Shown here: positions 1 through 8,547 of the stretch, piece by piece
Layout of the letters: each line of letters opens with the position of its first letter
Numbering within the stretch: position 1 is the stretch's first letter
Source: Clostridia bacterium
Lineage (GTDB): Bacteria > Bacillota > Clostridia > HGM11327
NCBI GenBank assembly: GCA_045627045.1
Contig: JAZQMY010000054.1
Location: forward strand, 19,629 to 83,628
DNA: 64,000 nucleotides
Direction of reading: 5' to 3'
Translations under genes and position numbers: made by a program
Notes under the pieces: model-generated
Database searches by the model: none
The model's input: only the letters and a program-made list of their open reading frames with translations
Told to the model about the DNA's origin: nothing

Positions 1-402
1 TTTGAAGAGAGCTGTGTTTATGCTGAACGAAACGTCTTCATTTATATTCTCTGTGAAAGTAAAGCCTGTCGAGGAAAGACACTGTATGGTGAATTTCATA
101 TTGATATAATTTACTTTCATTATATTGTCTTTATTTATATCAATATTGATCTGTACGTCAGGCATTTTTGCCAGAATTTCTCTGAAAAGACTTGTCGGTA
201 CGAGTATTTCTCCGCTTTCTTCAACGTCTGCATCTATGGAAACTACTACCGTCTCCTCTCCGCAAATGCCTATGACCTTTGCGGTGTTATTTTCTGCTCT
301 CAAAAGGGCATACTGATAGAGTAGTGACGGGTTTTTTCCTGTAACCTTCTGTGCAGTCTGGACTGCATTAAGAATATCCTGCTGTGAACAAGTCAGCTTC
401 AT
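1..402 (-). CDS. dnaN: DNA polymerase III beta sliding clamp, 5' part (runs off the left edge)
   Basis: Manual translation from ATG at 402: MKLTCSQQDILNAVQTAQKVTGKNPSLLYQYALLRAENN...VEESGEILVP, resembling the beta-clamp N-terminus; directly downstream of dnaA; absent from the ORF track because it has no stop in the window. Confidence 0.85.
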   Translation of the reverse strand, partial: MKLTCSQQDILNAVQTAQKVTGKNPSLLYQYALLRAENNTAKVIGICGEETVVVSIDADVEESGEILVPTSLFREILAKMPDVQINIDINKDNIMKVNYINMKFTIQCLSSTGFTFTENINEDVSFSINTALFK

Positions 403-517
403 TAAATTTATGCTCCGATCTGTGTCAATATGTCAGTAAAAATTGACGTTTAAATGTTGATAAAGCGTTTTTTTACGGTTTTAACGTAATTTTTTATGTT
501 GAAAACTTTTGCCGGCA
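403..517. other. Candidate oriC segment (dnaA-dnaN intergenic) with non-canonical DnaA-box-like 9-mers
   Basis: AT-rich; TGTTGATAA at 455-463 and TGTTGAAAA at 497-505 (reverse complements TTATCAACA and TTTTCAACA, each one mismatch from TTWTNCACA); this interval is the usual oriC position in Bacillota. Confidence 0.55.
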
Positions 518-1855
518 TCAGTTGATAATCATATCTTCAACCTTGTCGATGATGTCTTTTTTCTGGGGATCGTTTGCTATTGCATCCTCAACAACGCCGA
601 TTGAGTTGATTATTGTTGAGTGATTTCTGCCTCCGAACTCCTCACTTATCTTTTTGAGCTCCCATCCGAGAAGCTTTTTTGTCATGTAGATTGCAACGTG
701 TCTCGGGAAGGCGACCGTGTGCTTTCTCTGCTGTGACTCAAGGTCAAGGAGACTTACGTTGAAATAGCTTGATACTACCTGCTTGATTTTTGAAATAGTG
801 ACCTTTTCTGAAGGTACGGCAGGTGTCTTGCCGAGAGTCTGAACGGTGAAATTGAGATCGACCACGCTGTTTGAGAGCTGGGATGTGAAAAGAATCTTTT
901 TCAATACGCCCTCAAGCTCTCTTACGTCGCCCGATTTATATTCCTCGGCGATGAATGAAAGTGAATCGTTATCAATATCAAGCATCATTTCCCCTGCCTT
1001 CTCCTGAAGAATGGCAAGTCTTGTTTCATAATCCGGCGGCTGAATGTCGCAGATAAGGCCGTTATCGAATCTTGACTGTATTCTCTTTTCAAGAGTCTCA
1101 ATATCGTGAGGATGACGGTCTGAAGTAAGGACAATCTGCTTGTTTGCGCTTGTGAGAGTATTGAAAGTATTAAAGAACTCCTCCTGGGTTTCCTTCTTGC
1201 CTGCGATAAATTGAATATCATCAATAAGCAGGAGGTCTACCATTCTGTATTTGTTCTTGAAGTTCTCCTTCTTTTGGTAATTGTTATCCTTGGAATAACG
1301 AACTGCCTCTACGAAGTCGCTTGTGAACTCTTCACTTGTAACGTAAAGATACTTCATTTCGGGATGAAGCTTCTTTACACGCTGGCATATAGCCTGCATG
1401 AGGTGAGTTTTGCCTACGCCTGATTTGCCGTAAATAAAGAGCGGATTATATGATTTGGAAGGGGACTCTGCAACTGCTGATGCTGCGGCATGAGCAAACT
1501 GGCTGTTCTTGCCTACAACGAATGTTTCAAATGACTTGAACGGCTGAGAATTTTTTCCGTCCTCTTCTTTTTTTTCTTTTGTCTCTTCCATAAGTGCGTC
1601 AACTTCGACAGGAGTGACGAACTGAACGTCTGTGATGGTTTTATTGAGTCTGCGTACAGCACCGAGTGCGGGAAGCTTGTATCTGTTGTGACAGAGATTC
1701 CTTGTGTAGTCGTTATTGACCTTGACATAAAGAATGTTCTCCTTTATGGTTACTCCCTCTGTTTCACTGAGAAATGCCTGAAAAATAGCAGGTGCTATAT
1801 TTTCTGACAGCAATGCTTTTGCCTGATCCCACAGGTTTTTATGTTGTTCACTCAT
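518..1855 (-). CDS. dnaA: Chromosomal replication initiator DnaA
   Basis: YNPLFIYGKSGVGKTHL Walker A, DLLLIDDIQF Walker B, TQEEFF, domain IV FGGRNHSTI; start moved to ATG 1855 (MSEQH) after an AAGG Shine-Dalgarno-like sequence. Confidence 0.98.
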   Translation of the reverse strand: MSEQHKNLWDQAKALLSENIAPAIFQAFLSETEGVTIKENILYVKVNNDYTRNLCHNRYKLPALGAVRRLNKTITDVQFVTPVEVDALMEETKEKKEEDGKNSQPFKSFETFVVGKNSQFAHAAASAVAESPSKSYNPLFIYGKSGVGKTHLMQAICQRVKKLHPEMKYLYVTSEEFTSDFVEAVRYSKDNNYQKKENFKNKYRMVDLLLIDDIQFIAGKKETQEEFFNTFNTLTSANKQIVLTSDRHPHDIETLEKRIQSRFDNGLICDIQPPDYETRLAILQEKAGEMMLDIDNDSLSFIAEEYKSGDVRELEGVLKKILFTSQLSNSVVDLNFTVQTLGKTPAVPSEKVTISKIKQVVSSYFNVSLLDLESQQRKHTVAFPRHVAIYMTKKLLGWELKKISEEFGGRNHSTIINSIGVVEDAIANDPQKKDIIDKVEDMIIN

Positions 1856-2089
1856 AAAAAAATACCTTTTTTCTATATAATATATCACTATATATAATAT
1901 CATTATTTTAATAAAATTTCAAGCGATTTTTTCAGAAAAAAGGTATATTTTTTGATAAAAAGCCATATTTTACCGAAAAAAGGTAAAAAAACAATATTAA
2001 AGAAGAAACGGCAAAATAAGAAAAGCCTGCAGGAGCAAAAGCTGTATGCTTTCATCCCGACGGGCTTCAAATTCAAATATTATATTTTA

Positions 2090-3157
2090 TTATTCTGTTA
2101 TCGTGCCTCCGCCGACAAGCTTCATTCCGTCATAAAGAACTACTGCCTGACCCGGAGTGATCGCACGCTGCGGCTCATCAAACGTGACCTTGACCTTACC
2201 GTCAGTCAAAACCTCTGCAACGGCAGGTGCCTCCTTTGCACGGTAACGCGTCTTGGCGGTTACACGGATAGGCTTATCGGGCTTCTCGATTGATACCCAG
2301 TTGAAGTCATCTGCAATGAGTGTGTCGGAGAATATCCTGTCCTCGGGAGTAAGAAGTATATCCGAAGTCAGAACGTCCTTCCTGCAGACGTAGAGAGGCG
2401 CAGGAAGAGAAAGACCGAGACCTTTTCTCTGTCCTATCGTGTAATGGATTATTCCTTTGTTTTTGCCGAGTATCCTGCCTGTCTCATCCACGAAATTACC
2501 TGTTTTATAGATTTTCTTCGTTCTTTTTGAGATGTATCCGGCATAATCCTTATCAGGTATAAAGCATATATCCTGACTCTCATGCTTGGAAGCGTTCTCA
2601 AAGCCTTCATTTCTTGCTATTGAACGGATCTCATCCTTTGAATTGAATGCTCCGAGCGGAAAAAGGATGTGTGAAAGCTGTTCCTGTGTGAGCGAATAGA
2701 GTACATAGCTCTGGTCCTTTTCGGAATTTACGCTCTTTTTCAGCACCCATCTCTTGATTGATTTATCATATTCAATCTGTGCATAGTGTCCTGTTGCGAT
2801 TTTGTCGCAACCGAGCTCTTTTGCGGCATCAAGAAGTGCTCCGAATTTAAGATGCTTGTTGCATACAATACACGGATTAGGCGTGAGACCTCTTTCGTAC
2901 GATGAAACAAAGTTATCTATTACGCAGTCTGAAAATTTATTTACAAAATTAAATATATTAAAAGGAATGCCAAGCTTATCCGCAACCTTTTGCGCTTCGG
3001 CGGCATCAGATATTGTGCCACATCCGTTTTCGGAGGCATTGTCATCCCTCAGCTTCATCATGGCACCGATGCAGTCCCATCCTTCGTGAACCAGCAGTGC
3101 TGCCGCAACCGAGCTGTCTACACCTCCGCTCATGGCTATCATTGCTTTTTTATTCAT
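2090..3157 (-). CDS. mnmA: tRNA 2-thiouridine(34) synthase MnmA
   Basis: AMSGGVDSS PP-loop, TPNPCIVCN, ATGHYA, KDQSYVL, ESQDICF, YTIGQRKGLG, ITPGQAVVLY. Confidence 0.97.
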   Translation of the reverse strand: MNKKAMIAMSGGVDSSVAAALLVHEGWDCIGAMMKLRDDNASENGCGTISDAAEAQKVADKLGIPFNIFNFVNKFSDCVIDNFVSSYERGLTPNPCIVCNKHLKFGALLDAAKELGCDKIATGHYAQIEYDKSIKRWVLKKSVNSEKDQSYVLYSLTQEQLSHILFPLGAFNSKDEIRSIARNEGFENASKHESQDICFIPDKDYAGYISKRTKKIYKTGNFVDETGRILGKNKGIIHYTIGQRKGLGLSLPAPLYVCRKDVLTSDILLTPEDRIFSDTLIADDFNWVSIEKPDKPIRVTAKTRYRAKEAPAVAEVLTDGKVKVTFDEPQRAITPGQAVVLYDGMKLVGGGTITE

Positions 3158-4103
3158 ATGATTCTATTTCCTTTCTGACCTTGAAGAGATCGGTGGAAAG
3201 GTATCTGTCACCTGTGTCAGGGAGAAGAACGACTATGTTCTTTCCTTCGTATTCAGGCCTCTGTGCGAGCTTTACTGCCGCACTGATGGCCGCACCTGAT
3301 GAAATACCTACGAGAATTCCGTCTGTTTTTGCTGTTGTTTCAGTGGCTGTGTAGGCTTCTTCATTTTCGATATCGAAAACTTCATCGAGAATGCTCTCAT
3401 CAAGTATATCCGGAACGAAGTTTGCGCCTATACCCTGGATTTTGTGTCCTGAAGCATAGCCCTTTGTGAGCAGGGGAGAGCTTGCAGGTTCTACGCCTGC
3501 TATCTTTATATTTACATTCTTAGATTTAAGGTATCTTCCTGTACCTGTTATTGTGCCGCCTGTACCGATGCCTGCAACGAATGCATCAATATTGCCGTCA
3601 AGGTCCTCCCAGATTTCAGGTCCTGTTGTTTTGAAGTGAGCCTCGGGGTTTGCGGGATTAACAAACTGACCGGCTATTATTGAGCCTGGGATCTGTTCGT
3701 TAAGCATTTCTGCCATTTCGATTGAGCCTGCCATGCCAAGTGAGCCGTCAGTAAGCATTACGGTTGCTCCGTATGCCTCCATCAGCTTTATTCTTTCGGC
3801 AGACATAGTGTCTGGCATTGTAATAATCACTTTGTAACCTCTTGTTGCCGCTATTGCCGCAATTCCGATGCCCGTATTGCCGGATGTAGGCTCGATTATT
3901 GTTGCGCCCGGCTTGAGAATACCTGATTTTTCCGCAGTATTTATCATTTCAAGAGCAGCTCTGTCCTTGACTGAGCCTGCCGGATTGAGGTATTCAAGCT
4001 TCGCATATATGTGTGATTTTATGCCGAGCTTCTTTTCAAGTCCGCAAAGCTCAAGCAAAGGCGTTTTTCCTACCAACTGTGATATAGATGTATATACTTT
4101 CAT
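3150..4103 (-). CDS. cysK: Cysteine synthase A (O-acetylserine sulfhydrylase)
   Basis: KLEYLNPAGSVKDR PLP lysine, EPTSGNTG, GIGTGGT, HKIQGIG, PDTGDRYLST. Confidence 0.96.
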   Translation of the reverse strand: MKVYTSISQLVGKTPLLELCGLEKKLGIKSHIYAKLEYLNPAGSVKDRAALEMINTAEKSGILKPGATIIEPTSGNTGIGIAAIAATRGYKVIITMPDTMSAERIKLMEAYGATVMLTDGSLGMAGSIEMAEMLNEQIPGSIIAGQFVNPANPEAHFKTTGPEIWEDLDGNIDAFVAGIGTGGTITGTGRYLKSKNVNIKIAGVEPASSPLLTKGYASGHKIQGIGANFVPDILDESILDEVFDIENEEAYTATETTAKTDGILVGISSGAAISAAVKLAQRPEYEGKNIVVLLPDTGDRYLSTDLFKVRKEIESYE

Positions 4104-4146
4104 AGTGTCACTTCCATAATATATTTATAAATTTTAATTATTGTGA

Positions 4147-6051
4147 TTACTCACTCAGCATGATCCATTCTTCTGTTGCTTCGTCAAGTTGCTTCAGTAT
4201 TTCTTCATACTTTATATTCATTTCCTTAGATTTTTTACTATCCTTATAGACTTCTTCGGAAGCAAGAAGCTGTTCAAGCTCTGTTTTCTTCTTTTCAAGC
4301 TCTTCGATTTCTTTTTCAAGGGCTTTCAGTTTGTTTTTATGCTCTTTCTGTTCCTTTTGTGCTTCTTTTTCTTTTTTCTGCTGCTTTTCAATGGCGGTTT
4401 TTGTTATAAGTTGACCGTTTGACTCAAGCTCGCTTTCGTCCATATTGATTTTTTCGATATAATCGTCATAATTACCGATATATTTCGTGATTTTTGAGCC
4501 TTCCATGACGTAAACATAGTCTGCAATACGGTTAATGAAATATCTGTCATGCGATACCGTTATGAGCGTTCCGTTGTAGTCCTCGAGCGCTGACTCAAGT
4601 ATTTCCTTTGATGCCATATCGAGGTGGTTTGTTGGCTCATCGAGAAGAAGAAGGTTATCGTGACGGAGCATCAGCTTTATAAGCATTACTCTTGCCTTTT
4701 CGCCGCCGGAAAGCGATGAGATTGTCTTGAAAACATCGTCTCCCCTGAAGAGAAAAACGCCGCATATCTTTCTGATGAAGGTAATCTCAAGATCAGGAAA
4801 ATCATCGTATATTTCCGTTAAAATATCCTTCTGCTCGTGAAGGTTTGCCACCGACTGATCGTAGTAACCTATGCTTACCCTGCTGCCGTAGCAAACCTCG
4901 CCCGCGTCAGGTTGAATAATGCCGTTGATTATCTTCAGAAGCGTTGTTTTGCCGCAACCGTTTTCACCGATTATGGCGATTCTGTCTCCCTTCACAACGT
5001 GCATCGAGAAGTCCTTGAATAGCTCTCTTGAGCCGAATGTCTTGCTGACCTCCTCAAGAAATAGGACGTCATTTCCGCTTTCCCTGTCAATATCAAACGT
5101 GAAATGAATCGTTTCGGCACGGAAAGGCGACGTCACAAGCTTGATCTTATTCAGTTGCTTTTCACGGCTTCTTGCCTGCTTGATGCTCTTCTCACGGTTA
5201 TAGCTTCTGAATGTGTCTATTATCCCCTGGAGACGCTTGATTTCCTTCTGCTGGAGAGTATACTGCTTTTCGAGAAATTCGTTGAGCTTCTGCTTTTTCT
5301 CGTAATAATCGGAATAATTTCCTTCAAAGTAAAGAAGTCCGCCGTTTTCTACTTCAGCGATCGCATCGCAGACATTATCAAGAAAATATCTGTCATGAGA
5401 GATGACGAGAACGGTTCCCTGATAGTTTGAAAGATGATTTTCAAGCCACCTTACAACCTTCAGATCGAGGTGGTTCGTAGGCTCGTCAAGAAGCATAACA
5501 TCGGGTTTTTCCAGAAGAATCTTTGCTATTGCGACTCTTGTCCTCTGTCCTCCGCTGCACTCTGAAATCTTTTTGTCAAACTCATCCGGAGTAAAGCCGA
5601 GGCCCCTCAGAACGCCTTTTATGTCGCTTTCATAGCGGTAGCCGCCCTTTTCTTCAAACTGCTCAAGCATATCTCCGTAAACGGTCATCTGCTGTTCATA
5701 TTTCGGATCATCGGGAGAAAGCTCCGTTATTACGGATTCCTGAATGCGAAGCCTTGCCTCGAGGTCTATGAGATCATCAAAAACGTGAAGCAGAACATTG
5801 TATATTGATTCATCTGAATATAATAAAGGATGCTGCTCAAGATAGCCTACGGAAGTATTGTTTGCAAATGAAACAATACCGTCCGTTGCCTCCTCTATTC
5901 CTGCAATTATCTTAAAAAGGGTGGTTTTGCCTGAACCGTTGGCGCCGACAAAGCCTATTTTCTGTCCGGATTCGGCTTTCAGGTCGATCTGCGAGAACAA
6001 ACTGACGTCAGCAAATTCCTTCTTTATTCCTTTTAACTGTAATATAGTCAT
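4147..6051 (-). CDS. ABC-F family ATPase with C-terminal coiled-coil (YdiF/YheS/Uup-like)
   Basis: Two ABC domains (GANGSGKT/SGGQ/LLDEPTNHLD and GENGCGKT/LSGGE/LLDEPTNHLD), inter-ABC linker, no transmembrane segments, charged coiled-coil tail. Confidence 0.93.
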   Translation of the reverse strand: MTILQLKGIKKEFADVSLFSQIDLKAESGQKIGFVGANGSGKTTLFKIIAGIEEATDGIVSFANNTSVGYLEQHPLLYSDESIYNVLLHVFDDLIDLEARLRIQESVITELSPDDPKYEQQMTVYGDMLEQFEEKGGYRYESDIKGVLRGLGFTPDEFDKKISECSGGQRTRVAIAKILLEKPDVMLLDEPTNHLDLKVVRWLENHLSNYQGTVLVISHDRYFLDNVCDAIAEVENGGLLYFEGNYSDYYEKKQKLNEFLEKQYTLQQKEIKRLQGIIDTFRSYNREKSIKQARSREKQLNKIKLVTSPFRAETIHFTFDIDRESGNDVLFLEEVSKTFGSRELFKDFSMHVVKGDRIAIIGENGCGKTTLLKIINGIIQPDAGEVCYGSRVSIGYYDQSVANLHEQKDILTEIYDDFPDLEITFIRKICGVFLFRGDDVFKTISSLSGGEKARVMLIKLMLRHDNLLLLDEPTNHLDMASKEILESALEDYNGTLITVSHDRYFINRIADYVYVMEGSKITKYIGNYDDYIEKINMDESELESNGQLITKTAIEKQQKKEKEAQKEQKEHKNKLKALEKEIEELEKKKTELEQLLASEEVYKDSKKSKEMNIKYEEILKQLDEATEEWIMLSE

Positions 6052-8532
6052 TTATAAATCTCTTGTTTTGTATTCGTTAACAATTATTGCACCCGAAACA
6101 GCCTCGTGCCAGTCTGAAAGGGACTTACCCGCACTTGAAAGCGGAAGCTCGGATATATCTGCAATATTTATATATTCATAGTCTGCTCCGTCCTTGAGAA
6201 TGAGTATTTCTTCATTCTTATTGCCAGTAGCAACTGCGGAAACAATCTTGCTTCCGTTTGAGCCGTTCTTATTGAACTTGAACGCCGTAAGACCTACTCC
6301 CGCACGTTTCTGGAGTGTGATATCATCCTCCGAAGTCTTCTTTGCATAGCCTCCATCAGATATAAATATAATTAAATATTTCGATTTAATCACCTGAGCA
6401 GATACGATACTGTCTCCCTCGTGAAGTTTCATGGCTTTCACGCCCTTTGAGGCCCTTCCCATTTCGCTTATTTGGTCAATATCTGTCTTCAGAATCATTC
6501 CCTGCTCTGTTACGAAGCAAACCTGTGTTTCATCTTTAATCAGTTTGATATCTATCAATATATCGTTTTCTGCAAGGTCACAAGCTGATATTTTTGATCT
6601 TGTTGTCATAAATTGATCGAATGATGTCAATTTACACATACCATTTCTAGTTACAAAGAGAATTTTTCCTTCATTATATGATTTTGAAGCATAAACACTT
6701 ATCAATCTTTCACTTCTGTCATAGGTAGTAAGCATATTTGTGAGCGGCATACCACGTTCTTTCCACTTTGAGGTTGGAATATTGTTTACTGCGAGCGTAT
6801 AACAGTTTCCTTTATCGGTAAATAGTGTAAGCTTGTAGTCTGAAGACGTGTGGATGATATGTTCCACGTAATCGCCCTTACCTACTTCTATTTCTTTGAG
6901 GTTTCCATTTGATCTTGCGAAGTGGCCCTTCTCTATTGACTTGATTTCCTGATTGTGCGTGATTACTACGATTACATCCTCAGAAACGATGAATTCTTCC
7001 TCAGAGAACGTCTTTTCATGTCTTGAGGTCTCGATTTCCGATTTTCTTGGTGTTGCGAATTTTTCCTTAATCTGCGTCAAATCTTTAACAATTTCAGCAT
7101 TCAGCGCCTCTTCAGAGCCGAGAATTCTTTCGTACTCAGCTATCCGGGCACATAAATCGCTGTAATTAGCCTTCAAAGTTACGATTTCAAGGTTGGTCAA
7201 GCGCTGCAATTTGAGATCAAGTATTGCTTGTGCCTGCTCTTTTGAGAAACCGAAGTTTTTCTGAAGGTTCTCTCTTGCATCGGAAGGGTTCTTTGATTTT
7301 CTGATCGTCTTGATGATTTCATCAATTATGCTGCACGCCTTGATGAGACCTTCCATGATGTGCTTGTCTTTGAGAGCCGCATTCAGTTCGAATTTAGTCT
7401 TGTTTGTAAATACCTGCTTCTGAAAATCAATGTAGTAATGGATGCAGTCTGCAAGTGAAAATCTTACTGGCTTTCCGTGTGCTACTGCGACCATGTTTGC
7501 CGCAAAGTTGTATTGCAGGTCTGTGTATTTATAAAGATATGCGAGAATTTTATCCGGATCTGCATCCTTCTTTATCTCGATAACGGCTCTGATTCCGTTC
7601 ATATCCGACTCATCCCTTATGGCAATGACGTTTGTGAGCACGCTCTTCTTGTCTTCGCAAAGCTCAGCGATTTTTTCAAGTATTTTGCTCTTGTTGAGAC
7701 CGTATGGGAACTCCGTTATAACGATTGCTTTCTTTGTTGCGGATATCTCCTCAATATGTGACTTTGAACGAATTACGATTTTACCGCGCCCCGTAGTATA
7801 TACTTTTTCAAGCTCGCTTATGTCTTTCATTATGATTCCGCCTGTTGGAAAATCCGGCGCCGGAATATACTTCATGAGCTCTTTTGAGTTTGCCATAGGG
7901 TGGTTTATCGCATATATGCTTGCATCGATCGTTTCACCGAGATTGTGTGTCGGAATTTCAGTTGCAAAGCCGATTGCGATTCCTGATGCGCCGTTTACAA
8001 GCAGATTTGGGAATCTGCAAGGCAGTAATTCAGGCTCTTTGAGCGTGTCATCGAAGTTATATTTGAACTGAACGGTGTCTTTTTCGATATCTCTGAGCAT
8101 TTCAAGCGATATCGGAGCCATTCTGACCTCTGTATAACGCATTGCAGCAGCTCCGTCGCCATCAATTGAGCCGAAGTTACCGTGTCCATCGACCAGTTTT
8201 TCGCCCATACTGAAGTCCTGAGCCATTCTTACCATTGCTTCGTAGATTGATGAGTCTCCGTGCGGATGATATTTACCCATTGTATCGCCGACGATTCTGG
8301 CAGATTTCTTGTATGGCTTATCAGGATCGTTTTTCAGCTCCCACATTGTGTACAATATTCTTCTCTGAACTGGTTTTAAGCCGTCCTCAATTCTCGGTAA
8401 TGCTCTTTCAAGTATGATGTACTCGGAATAAGGCATCATTGAGTCATGCATTATGTCTCCGATCGGAGATTTTTGAAGTGTTCCCGCTTTTTCCGGGTCT
8501 ACAACCTGTATTTTGCTTGATTTTTTAGCCAT
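6052..8532 (-). CDS. parC: Type IIA topoisomerase subunit A, probably topoisomerase IV ParC
   Basis: [36 protein letters not shown] catalytic Tyr, beta-pinwheel C-terminal domain; no intact QRRGGKG GyrA-box at the start of that domain. Confidence 0.8.
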   Translation of the reverse strand: MAKKSSKIQVVDPEKAGTLQKSPIGDIMHDSMMPYSEYIILERALPRIEDGLKPVQRRILYTMWELKNDPDKPYKKSARIVGDTMGKYHPHGDSSIYEAMVRMAQDFSMGEKLVDGHGNFGSIDGDGAAAMRYTEVRMAPISLEMLRDIEKDTVQFKYNFDDTLKEPELLPCRFPNLLVNGASGIAIGFATEIPTHNLGETIDASIYAINHPMANSKELMKYIPAPDFPTGGIIMKDISELEKVYTTGRGKIVIRSKSHIEEISATKKAIVITEFPYGLNKSKILEKIAELCEDKKSVLTNVIAIRDESDMNGIRAVIEIKKDADPDKILAYLYKYTDLQYNFAANMVAVAHGKPVRFSLADCIHYYIDFQKQVFTNKTKFELNAALKDKHIMEGLIKACSIIDEIIKTIRKSKNPSDARENLQKNFGFSKEQAQAILDLKLQRLTNLEIVTLKANYSDLCARIAEYERILGSEEALNAEIVKDLTQIKEKFATPRKSEIETSRHEKTFSEEEFIVSEDVIVVITHNQEIKSIEKGHFARSNGNLKEIEVGKGDYVEHIIHTSSDYKLTLFTDKGNCYTLAVNNIPTSKWKERGMPLTNMLTTYDRSERLISVYASKSYNEGKILFVTRNGMCKLTSFDQFMTTRSKISACDLAENDILIDIKLIKDETQVCFVTEQGMILKTDIDQISEMGRASKGVKAMKLHEGDSIVSAQVIKSKYLIIFISDGGYAKKTSEDDITLQKRAGVGLTAFKFNKNGSNGSKIVSAVATGNKNEEILILKDGADYEYINIADISELPLSSAGKSLSDWHEAVSGAIIVNEYKTRDL

Positions 8533-8547
8533 TTTGTGTTCCTTTCC

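Noticed and set aside
6860-6875. TGTTCCACGTAATCGC as a second parS
   Set aside because: Only the left half matches, and it lies inside parC
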